From positions 4,650,001-4,714,000 of the forward strand of contig NW_026889769.1 of the NCBI RefSeq assembly GCF_033153115.1: DNA of 64,000 nt, written 5' to 3'. Both the position numbers and the translations under genes were made by a program. Within the stretch, counting starts at the first letter, position 1. Each line of letters opens with the position of its first letter. The notes under the pieces were generated by a model that had not been told where the DNA came from, searched no databases, and was given only the letters and a program-made list of their open reading frames with translations. This document shows, in pieces, positions 22,500 to 33,512 of this stretch. The stretch is from Saccostrea echinata. Its lineage: Eukaryota.

Positions 22500-24139
22500 G
22501 TTTGTTTGTTTTTTGTTTTTGTTTGATTGGTTTTTTTTTTATTTCCAAGCACAACTACGATGGTTAATGTTGCACGAATGCAAAGAGCAAGCCAAATGCT
22601 AAAACTTATGGGACACCCATAGTAAATAAATACTATAGCAATTCCAACACATACATTTCTATCATTGTCAACCTTATGTCTGCAAATTGTTAGTCTACCT
22701 ACTGACCTTTACCTTTCTTGAATTCATGTTCCTGTTGTCTAAACACGACCACCTTCTCACTTATTTTTTGGCTTTTGCTATTTTGTATTTCACATTTTTT
22801 TTGGTATCCCCTATTTTTATTTATCTATTTTATTATTTTTTTTTTTTAAAAAACAAGAATGAAGAAAATTGTAAAGCTTGTTTCGAAAACGAACAAATGC
22901 TTTTTTTTTTTTTTAATTTACCAATACAAGGGCGTTAGTAAGATGTCAAAATAAGCACTGCAGAAAATGAATGTGCAATTCAACCACAAAGGCTTTGTAG
23001 AAACGAGAGCTCTTTTTAAAAAATCTGTATAAAATAAAACGAAAAAAGACTTTATAACAGTATCGTTAATTCTCGTTTTAAAGCGACGTAAAATAGTTCA
23101 TTCGTATTAAAGCTCTCCGGATTTCTGTTCTTTGTGAAATATCTATATTGTTATTTGATACTTGGCTTTTTGCAAACAATTATAGACTACAATTGCTTAG
23201 AGCTTATTCAATATAGACCTTTTCTGTTTATTGGTTCATCTGACATATTGTTGATAATTTGAGTCGACTATCAAAATGATATATAAATTTCCTGTTAGAA
23301 TCTACGTAAATTGTTTGCCATGATGCGATTTTTAATTTTAAAATTATTAACGTTGTATCTCTCTCTTTTCACATCTCTTGGCCCACGATCCGAGAAAGAG
23401 AGAAAGAGTATGAATTATTGTGAACTTCAAATCTCTCTTAATTGCTCTTTAAAGACAGTAACAGAAAATAAACGATAAAAATACTGATCACCGTTGCATG
23501 TAATTTTGTCAAGTGAAATGTAAAAAAACTTAATTTCTTGTTTTGACATTTTTAAATGCTAGAATATGGTTTGTTCGACAGCGTTGTGCATGTTCTATTG
23601 AATGTATTATGAAAAAATATGTATATTCAATTTTTGATTACCGAAAAAAAGGAAAAATAATAATAACAAATTGTGAAACGCATAAAACCTACAAATTTCT
23701 TTGCCACTGAAGATAAGTTTGCATAATAAAGACATTTACTACATCACAACTGGTCTGTGTCTTCGCTCTTAATTAGGGTCAAAGCCCTTGCCGTTTGGAA
23801 TGCAAGGAAAGAAAGAAATGCCAAAAAAAAAGTTTTATGCCTAAATTTCGAAAGTAATACTGGTAAAGAAATTCTGAATAATAATTATTATTATATGGAA
23901 TGAAATAGCATATACATGTAGTTGCTTAAACCTATTTTTTTAATATGATAAAAGATGTACATGTTAATTACAAGTAAAAATCAATATTTACACTAAGAAG
24001 TTGACTATATTCTCCAAACATTTTCTTGGAAACTGGGCATAGTACAAAAACAAACCAAAGTATAAATAATTGAAGAGTGAGTGTTACGTTGAAGTTTTCC
24101 TTCTAATGAAAAAGGTGAAGATAACGAACAGTGAGTGAT

Positions 24140-24756
24140 CGATCCCGGGGGTTATGATTTGAACAAACTTGAATCTATACTACCTGAGAATGCTTTTATA
24201 AAATGACTTATTATGACTTTGCTGTTCCTGGGAAAAAGATTTTTAAAGATTTTTTTTTTCTATGTATTCCTATGTAAAACTTTGATCGCCCCTTGTGGTC
24301 ACACCCTACCCACGGGGATCATGATATGAACAAACTTGAATACACGCTACCTGGGAATGCTTCCGTATAAATATAGCTGATTTTTGCTTTGCTGTTCTTG
24401 AGAAGTAGATATTTACAGATTTTTTCTATGTATTTCCATGTAAAACTTCGATTGCCCATTGTGGCTCCACCCTACCCCCGAGGGTCATAATTTGAACAAA
24501 CCTGAACATACAGTACCTGTGGATGCTTTCATATAAATATGAATGATCATGGCTTTGCTGTTCTTCATCAGAAGATTTTAAAAAAGATTTCTCATATGCA
24601 TTTGTATAGAGAACTTTGATCCCCGTTGTAGCCATACCCTACCTCCAAGGAGTCGTGATTTGAACAAACTTGAAGCTACACTACCTTAGAATGCTTCCTT
24701 ATAAATATGATTAGTCACGACGCCTTTTTTATTCTAGAGAAGATTTTACCTATATG
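24140..24756 (+). repeat. About 166-bp satellite/HINE monomers (left part; the array resumes at about 27075-27210)
   Basis: TGAACAAACTTGAA..ACACTACCTG..ATGCTT..ATGTAAAACTTTGATC monomers; the interrupted monomer ..CCTATATGTT| resumes as |CCCATGTAAAACTTTGATC at about 27075. Confidence 0.8.
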
Positions 24757-24760
24757 TTAT

Positions 24761-24902
24761 ATTTGTTGGACCAATAGTCATACAATAATTGCTGTATCTG
24801 GAAATGAAGCGGGGGCGTGACGAGTGCCCGCAGGGCACGAGGTCACGACCCCGTTTCAATTCCAGATACAGCAATTATTGTATGACTATTGGTCCAGCAA
24901 AT
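24761..24902. repeat. 142-bp near-perfect hairpin upstream of the Crypton ATG
   Basis: ATTTGTTGGACCAATAGTCATACAATAATTGCTGTATCTGGAA...GTGCCC-GCA-GGGCAC...TTCCAGATACAGCAATTATTGTATGACTATTGGTCCAGCAAAT. Confidence 0.95.
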
Positions 24903-24983
24903 GTTTTGTGGCACGCCTACTTTCACGAGCTGCAGTGGCATTTTTCGCGCTTCAATTTAGTTGGGATTGTTTTAAGCTAAAAG

Positions 24984-25909
24984 ATGGACGTAGATTTTTT
25001 GGATAATGACTTCAAAGTTGAAGAAATAGACGACATGACATTGTCTCAAGTGTGCGACGAAATGGAAGCTTTCGACGGATTACTGAACATGAGCCTTACA
25101 CAGACGCTAGCAGAGTACGACACAGGATCGGAGCATGGTGAATTTAAGCTTGAATGGGACTTTTTGAGTGAAAATGAAAACAGTTCGAATTTGCCGACCA
25201 CATCGGGTGATCGTTTTGCGCCCCCAGTGACCGAGAGTGAACTGAAATCTCTAATTGAAAGCCAGGAAAACATATTAAACACTAAACAAAACACTAGATG
25301 GGCGGTCAACGTGTTTGAGAAATGGAGAACAGGCAGATCCGAAACTATTCCAGAACTTCAATTCCAGGGCAGCGAGGAAATGAATTACTGGTTACAACGC
25401 TTTATAGTGAAAGCTAGACGGCAGGATGGTAAGGACTACCCCCCTAAGAGCCTGTACTTGATTTCATGTGGACTACTTCGTTTTTTGCGGGACAAAGGTG
25501 TGTACGACAAAAACTTTTTAGACGAAAAAAACACAACTTTTATTGAATTTCGGAAAGTTCTAGATGCAAAAATGAAGTCGCTGATTGAAAAAGGCATAGG
25601 GTGTACTACGAAGCAGGCTGATCCTATTTTACTAGAAGACGAGGCCAAGTTGTGGGATGTTGGAGTGTTTGGAAAGAAAAATGCAGAACAACTTCAGAAA
25701 ACGATTTTCTTTTACGCCTGTAAAATCTTTGGTTTGCGTGGGTGCGACGAACATCATAACCTGGAATGTGAACAGTTTACTATTGGATCAGATCAGCTAG
25801 GAAAATTTATTGAGTTTACGGGTCGAAAAACCAAAACGTACAAAGGAGGGCTCGGACAGCTAAATGTGTGCAACAAGACCATTAAACATCACTGCCAGTC
25901 CGGTAAGAG

Positions 25910-25945
<36 letters not shown>

Positions 25946-26552
25946 AGGATGTACGCTTGCTCGCTCGCTCAGCTTACAAATTCAAAATTTTCTTGTAGGT
26001 GAGAGATGCATTGCTGACTATTTCGATCTATATCTGGATTCTCTTGGACGCCAAGGAACATTCTATCGAAGACCTCTTCCCGCAACATCTGAGGTGCCAA
26101 TCCGATACGGAAATCAAGTTGTGGGAATTAACAAGCTGAAAAACTTAATGCGAATCATCTGCACGGAAGGTGGTTTACAGGGTAATTATTCGAATCATAG
26201 CGGCAAACGCACTTGTGCGACCCAGCTATATATGTCTGGTGTTGAAGAGCAGCAGATAATGGATCGGACTGGTCATCGTTCTCAAGCAGGTGTCCGTAAA
26301 TACAAAAGATCCAGTGCGCAAATGGAAGCTAATGTGTCAAAGATCTTGGATCCGCCCAAAGAGTGTACCGAGAATTCTACTCCGTTGAATACTCTAGATG
26401 GATGCACTCCAGGTATTTCAGATGAGTGTCCCGTTATTCCACAGACTGCAGCAAATGTCCAGGGTGAGGGGGAACCTCAGAGCAAGAGATTCAAACCGAA
26501 CAGATTCCCGTTTGGAGAATTTAAAAATTGTAACATTACATTTCAGTTTTAA
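24984..26552 (+). CDS. Crypton tyrosine recombinase (DUF3504 / KCTD1-ZMYM-QRICH1-related); join(24984..25902,25999..26552), 490 aa
   Basis: A 96-bp GTAAGA..TTGTAG intron joins two ORFs in frame. Motifs NTKQNTRWAVNVFEKW, ARRQDGKDYPP, FGLRGCDEH (R), KTYKGG (K), FYRRP, NHSGKRT (H), TGHRS (H), VRKYKR (Y). Confidence 0.9.
25912..25940. repeat. (CT)n microsatellite in the Crypton intron
   Basis: Direct observation. Confidence 0.95.
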
Positions 26553-27306
26553 AGTGAAATTTTCACAAAAATCAATGACTAGCCAGATAGCTTGTTAAAC
26601 TACCTAAACCTGATATTTCAGAATTGAGTCTTTTTTTTCTTTTTTTTTTCTTTTTTTTTTCTTTGTCTTGTAAAAATTGTACAAGGACATTAAATTTAAT
26701 TTAAAGGTTTTGTTGAAAAATTTAACTTTACAATGGTTGATTAAATGATAAATTTTGTGAGGATTTGATTTTCTTACCTTACAATAATTATAAAATTATT
26801 GTACGGCATAATTACCACGCCTCCTTTGATACAGTGCAATAACTTGCAGTTTCTGAAGTTATTGTACGATGCTAGGCTACGCCTACCTGGGTACAGAACG
26901 AGTACAGAACAAACTGTATTATATAAGGAGAGGAACTAGTAAGTTATTTTAGAACTTGTTTCCAATCCTTTTGATTTAATCAATAAAATATGTTCAAAAC
27001 AATACAGAACGAGTATTGGAAATCACAGTACACTAGTCATCAAAGAAAATACGCCGCATAAGTGCCACAAGTACCCATGTAAAACTTTGATCGCCAAAAG
27101 AGGCCACACCCTATCCCCGGGGTCATTTATACTTAAATTTACACTATGTCCGGAAGCTGTCACATAAGTTTCACCTTTTCTGGCCCAGTGGTACTTGAGA
27201 AGAAGAAAAAATTGAAAATTCCAAAAAGATCTTTAGTTTTACATAGAGAAATTAGTTTTCAGTCTTTTCAATACACTATATTAGCAAAACATGAATTAAT
27301 GTACCG

Positions 27307-27412
27307 GTAGTTTCGTTCAACCAGACACACGGATGTCTCCGTAAACTCAGACGAGCATCTCTGTTTGTCGGAGTTTAAGAAGACAGCCGAGTGTCTGGTT
27401 GAACGAAACTAC
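27307..27412. mobile_element. 106-bp palindromic mini-element
   Basis: GTAGTTTCGTTCAACCAGACAC...GTGTCTGGTTGAACGAAACTAC, with imperfect pairing continuing to the centre. Confidence 0.75.
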
Positions 27413-28499
27413 TGCATAATGTAGTCTTACCGTCTCTCTGTTCGTATGATGTTCGTATGTTTACATTTGTAAATGTGTCTCAAGTATGTATTATTTGTGA
27501 CTTGTAAATTATATGCCATGAGATTTTATATCTTGAGCAATAGAGCAGAAGGATCAAATACCAGTAGTATAATCACTTTCGTCGCGGATAAGTACATAAT
27601 ACCACCGCAGGGTTAGTTATGAAACGTCCATACTTACATTTTAGTAGAATTTTATATTGTTCATTATTGAACCTTTGAATGGTCATGAGGGGAGCTTAAG
27701 TACCGGATCGTTCATTTCAGACAAAAAATTGACACTTGAAGGCAGAGAGGGAAATGAGGTGATGATATGATGTATAATCGCGGCGCTAAGATGTCTTCAT
27801 TTGTGACCCTTCATTATTTATGGCATTCAAACTCTTCAATTTGCATAGAAATATAAATGGACTCGAATTTATTTAAGACAGCCAGCACGATAAATAAGAT
27901 TTGAAAATAATATTAAGAAGAAAATTCTTCTCTGTGATCACATCTCACTGTTTAAGCATAACTTGCATATATTGTAAAACATATCCGAAGACTTTATGAA
28001 TCAACTGCCGATCAACATGTCAATTAAAAATTACAATAATTAGAAAAACAATTCGTAATCAATGAGTCATGGAAGGTTAGTCAGTCATTACTGTACGTCA
28101 ATTAGGGCCCGTCGATTAGTGTGTCCTGCAGAAGGAAATATTCATAAATCAAATAATTAACCAGAATATCTTAGAAATTAATGTCGAATCGTTTGTCAAG
28201 TGTATTTTCCAACTATATATTGTAAAATTCTAAATGTTATCAACATTTTTATTTTGATTCATAATAAAATGATCCTCCATCTGAAGTTGTAACAAATACT
28301 AGAAAAGAATAATATGCTTTTCAGAACCAATTAATTTCGTCAGAATTGTTTTCATAGTTATATATATTTTTTTTTTGAAAATATACAATTAGATTGTTTT
28401 CGTCTAATGATCATGTATTCAAAAAAGAAGCTGTAGTGTATTTAAAAAAAGTCTCAATTTAATAAAATGTGAAGAAAACGAATTGTAATTATGCTAAAA

Positions 28500-28990
28500 A
28501 GTCCAGTTAAACAAAAACTGAGAGTGCGGAAAACTCACACCCTTGAAAACATCAGAGTTGGAATCAGGTGCCATGGAGGAGTAACCAACTCGACCGTTCA
28601 CACCTGCCGTGAGCCCCTTGTATTTATCGGGAACTGTAGACAATTCTAAATGAAAATAATGGCCTAAAAATTAATTTGTTTTAAAACCATCTGTCAACAT
28701 TCGACCTAACGACAGGCTGTATTTCAAAAAAGGTCATTGTATTGTCCATGATATCCTTGCATCACCGACTTATTGGTCAGTATCCTGCCTCGGTTTAGAA
28801 ATTGTTCGTTCTCTAAAGATGCATGCTCCTGTGTTTCAGATCAACTGGGAGTCATAAACACTCTTTGCAGGTGACAAATTGGAAATTGCTACACAAATAA
28901 AGGGAGTTGGCGATTGAAAAAATTAAAATCATCACATTTGTCAGAAAGTTTGGTTGATATTTGCCATCAGTGTCTTACTCTAGTCAGACT
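28500..28990 (-). mobile_element. Penelope-like terminal fragment
   Basis: GGAATCAGGTGCCATGGAGGAGTAA..CACACCTGCCGTGAGCCC motif; flanking sequence similar to 1236-1375 and 62205-62560. Confidence 0.55.
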
Positions 28991-29241
28991 CTGGTGTTTT
29001 TTCGAGTTCAACAGAATAAATCAAATCAAATCAACGCACAACATAAAAATGAATGTTCTTTATTGACAAACGCCCACATATCTAAATGTCGAATTCAAGG
29101 CCACAGTAAGATACATCTTTTTCATTAGGTTTTTAGGTTCAGAGTACTTATTTATAGTGTAGAAACAAAATGATTTTAACAAATTGAATGTAAATTTGAA
29201 GATGATCCATCACAAGATATTAAGAATTTTTATTTTCATTT

Positions 29242-29800
29242 TTAAAGATTACCTGCAGTAGCATTTTATTTTTTGAAATGATAAAGATCACAATAAAATA
29301 ATACGAAAGAAAAAAACCGCATCGAAATCTATGCACAAATAACGAAGTTATCGCGCTTTAAAGGTGCCTATTTTTACCTGTTTTGAAAATCCAATCAAGC
29401 GAAAATAGAAATGATCGATAACGAGGCTCTACTGGTGTGACGTCACAACATGTACCGCATAAGCGGGTCAGTATTAACGACAATGAGATTAACGTGGAAA
29501 ACGACGACGATTTTAGCTTTGATATGAGGCATTGGTCTATAAGTTTTAAAAATCCAGACGGAATAATTATTGAGCTTTGCATCAGACCTTACTAGGCTGA
29601 GCCAGAAACCGATTCTAACGAGGAATTTATAGAGATTTCAAAACAACCTACAGCCAGGGTCGTGTATACTACAATTAAAGTTCCTGTATATATCTCCCTG
29701 TTACAGCCTACTGAATATGACTGGAAAAAAATCATCAAAACCAAAATACAGGAATTTTTAATTCTATATTTTCAATGTCCTAAAACAGTTCGTTCATCAA
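29242..29800 (+). mobile_element. Possible Kolobok-derived remnant
   Basis: TTAAAG start, AAATAACGAAGTTATCGCG and TGACGTCA motifs, broken reading ..CIRPY*AEPETDSNEE resembling the PYxFEP start of Kolobok accessory ORFs; right end not found. Confidence 0.3.
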
Positions 29801-30987
29801 GCTGTTAATTATTTCAACAAGATCTTCATTACTATCGGCTAAATGATAATTGACGATTTTCTCGTTTGGATAAAAATTCTTCTATGTCTAAATTTGATAA
29901 TCAGTTGTTACCATTTAGCAATCAGCAGCAGCAATATTATCAATTTAATTTTACTTCAAAGTCACGACCAAATATATTTTCAAAAATCGGGTCATTATCA
30001 ATATACAAATTATTAAAACTAATTGTTAAATAATGATACCCGCGTACTCCTAATTATGGTAATGTACTTATAATTTTTTTTTGTCACCACAAAATTAAAG
30101 TTGTTACTTATTTTTGATGACTAATTCATATGAAATGAGCTGGTGAAAAGATAACATGAAATCCTTTATATTCAATAAATACATTTAATCCGAATTTCCT
30201 CGATATATTTTCAAAATTCTCAGTTTTCATGAATTCACATGAAATTTCATCTCAATTTTTACAATTGACCATATAATGTCAAATATCTAGATTTTTGTTT
30301 GATGAATATTCAAAGGTTAAAGATTAATTTACAAGTTAAAAAAGATAGAGTAATCAGGCAAATTATCGAGAAAAAAATTAGCCCGAATTTGCTCTATACT
30401 TTCTGAAATCTTCAATTTACAGAGTGTTTTTAATGTCTATAAGAAAGATTTTTAATCATCAAAAATATATCAATTTGGTGTAATTGTGACATAAATACAT
30501 TAATTTCTACCAGTTATACATTCTATTTTTATGGTATTTTACACTAATGATATACAAAATATTCATTTCGAATTTTCTCCGTCATTTTATTCTTATGAAT
30601 GTTATGTTTGACAACTTTATAAAATACATCAATTTTCTAGTGGCAATTACAGAAAAATTATCACATACATTTTTCACATGCACAGGACTAGTTCAAAGCA
30701 ACTTAACCTTCAATATAACCAGGAATAAATAATAAACCTTCCAAAAAGTTATGAGAAAAATCACATATAAAATTTTCATAGACTAGAAGAGATTTCAATA
30801 CATTATTTATGACATAAACATGAAATCAATATACATGTATAGTGAACATGCCATTCAATGCTTAATATATGAATATCAGAGGGACTAATATACATGCCTA
30901 TACATGTATATGTAGTTATATACATATAGGTCCCTGGTATTATGTTATTATTGGATATTTTACATTTGTAAACTGAGTTTAGAAAAC

Positions 30988-32336
30988 AACAAGCAAATTC
31001 AAAGAATTGTGGTCCCCCGCTTTCGATGTCCTAGTGGATGAGATGCAATTATTTATGGCATATTGTAACTGTCTTGTTTGTTTGTCCTGTCTTATCTGTG
31101 CATCATACAAAAAGACATAAATTATTGAATTAATAACAGTTATGGCAAAGACTATAGCTTCTCAAAACTACATCAAACTTCAAGATCAAGGTCATGAGGT
31201 CAAATATCATAATAAAATCCAAAAGATCTTCACACAAGCGATGCACATGTAAAAAAAATATATATCAGAAACCAGAGTATACAATCAGAAAGGTCTTGAA
31301 ACAGGTAATGAACATGTCAAATGTAAATACCATATCTTCTCTCAATCAAATGTTATTAGCAATGATAAAATTTTTAAAAATTAGGTCAAATTTTAAGGTC
31401 AAGGTCATGGGATTAAAAATCATAATACATTTGGAAATGCTTGTCACAGGTAATGCACTTGTCAAATATGAATGCCCTATCTTTGCTCCTTCAAAAGTCA
31501 GCAAACCGATGAAATGTTTGAAAATTAGATCAAACTGGAAGGTCAAGGTCACGGGGTCAAATATCATAGCATATTCAGAAACATTTTGACACAGGTAATG
31601 CACTTGTCAAATATGAACACCCTATCATATGTCATTCAAAAGTAATCACCAAATATAAAATTTTTGAAATTTAGGTCAAACATGAAGGTCAAGGTAAAGG
31701 GGTCAAAAATATAGCATGCTCGTAAACACTTTGTCACTACTAATGCACATGTCAAATATGAAAGCCCTAACCATTCTAAATCAAAAGTTATAAGCAAAGA
31801 TAAAAATTTTGAAAAGTAGGTCAAACTTCAAGGTAATGGTCATGGGGTCAAAAATCATAGTACATTTGGAAAGGTATTCTTACAGGTAATGTTCATATTT
31901 AATATGAAAGCCCCATCTTTTCTCATTTAAATTTAATGACCAGTTTAAAGAAATGTTAATTTTTTGAAAAGTAGGTTAAACTTCAAGGTCAAGGTCACGG
32001 GTCAAAAATCATAGTATAATTTCGAAAGGTCTTGTCACAGGTAATGAACAGGCATAATATGAAAGTCCTATCTTTTCTCATTCAAAAGTTATGACCAATT
32101 TAAGGTAATGTTAATTTTTTTGAAAAGTAGGTCAAACTTCAAGGCCAAGGCCATGGGGTCTAAATTCACAGTACATTTGGAAAGATCTTGTTACAGGTAA
32201 TGTACATGTGAAATACAAAAACCCAATCTCTTCTCACTCAAAAGTTATGGCCAAGGTTAAAGTTTTTGTGACAGACAGACCGACAGACGAATGAGATTTA
32301 ATGTCCCCTCCCTTTCCCTAAAGCGAGGGACAATAA
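30988..32336 (+). mobile_element. HINE (third family) with about 146-155-bp monomers
   Basis: AACAAG start, GTCCCCCGCTTTCG subTIR, about 7 monomers with AGGTCAAACTTCAAGGTCAAGGTCA..CTTGTCACAGG, (GACA)n, GTCCCCTC..GCGAGGGAC end. Confidence 0.8.
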
Positions 32337-32598
32337 ATACCTACACACATTTATAAGTATATAGTTTGTTCAGCACCAATAAATATAACTCCTCAATGTG
32401 ATCATATATTGCGTAAAATTTGCTGGAGTTTTAAGATAACAAAAAAGCCATCTATGACAATCATCTTTGCCTGAAAATGACATCCTTGAACTTTGTAACA
32501 TTAATATGCATGCAGCTATCAAACTTAATTTCACATTTAGATGCAAAATACTTATTCAAGGATAAAATTTCTTTTTGAGCATTTGTAGCACAAACATT

Positions 32599-33512
32599 TA
32601 AGACCACGGAACATTAACTGGCAAAATTGGAAATATGCAGCTTACGTCATTTCTATCTGTTACAATCAAAACATTTAATGATAGACAATGGAATAGGTGG
32701 GTACAATTTGGCACGGACGTCCGAGAAAACATTGGATTGAAATTCTAGTTTGAAAATCATTTTCAATCCACCTCAGCTACGCTAGAAGGCAACGCGTTAC
32801 TGATTGACCCAGAATACAAATAATTTCAATTTCGGACTATTTTGAAGCTTGAATATATAAATCAGATTTTCTGACCAGTGCTTTTAAAGAAATATAAAGG
32901 AACAAATATTTGATTTCTGTTAGGTATGTGCATACGTGTGTTGTGGGGGGGGGGGGGGTGCATGGAGGGGGCTGAACGATCTTAGAAATAAAAAAGGTTT
33001 TTTTTTCTAAGTTTGGACAACCCCTCCCAAGTTTTTGATTGTCAAACATTTTTCAGTAAAGACAAAACTAAAAAAAATACCTCTTGTCATCCTAGAGAAA
33101 ATCATAATTTGTCATGTGAAGGCATGATCTGACTGGACAATTTTTTACCCCCCCCCCCTTTCTAGAATCAAATCTGAAAAAATAATCTCTGTCTTCTATG
33201 ACTTACGTGTCCTTAAAATTATAGGCTAAAACTCATATAAACAATGATAAATATGAATTTCAAACAACATGTATTTGGGAATTACAATTATTTGTCTTTC
33301 GGATCATACAATCACACTCTGCGCTTGAAAACAGCTCAGGTGGATTGAAAATGAATTTCAAACTAGAATTTCAATCCAATGTTTTCTCGGACGTCCGTGC
33401 CCAATTGTACCCGCCCATTTCATTGTCTATCATTACATGTTTTGACTGTAACAGATGGAAAAGACGTAAGCTGTACATTTCCAATTTTGCCAGTTAATGT
33501 TCCGCGGTCTTA
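32599..33512. mobile_element. MITE with about 180-bp TIRs (PIF/Harbinger-like, tentative)
   Basis: 32599-32779 (TAAGACCACGGAACATTAACTGGCAAAATTGG..TCAATCCACCTCAGCT) is inverted at about 33333-33512; TAA/TTA ends. Confidence 0.8.

Larger units (their letters stand above)
24757..26924 (+). mobile_element. Crypton DNA transposon, putatively autonomous (may extend to about 27074)
   Basis: YR gene, 142-bp hairpin at the left end, small hairpin GTGCAATAACTT..AAGTTATTGTAC near the right end, 6-bp TTATAT at 24757-24762 and 26919-26924, inserted into a satellite monomer. Confidence 0.8.

Noticed and set aside
24984-26552. Host KCTD1/ZMYM/QRICH1 gene
   Set aside because: No BTB or MYM domains, the catalytic Tyr is retained, it has terminal hairpins and it interrupts a satellite monomer; a transposon fits better
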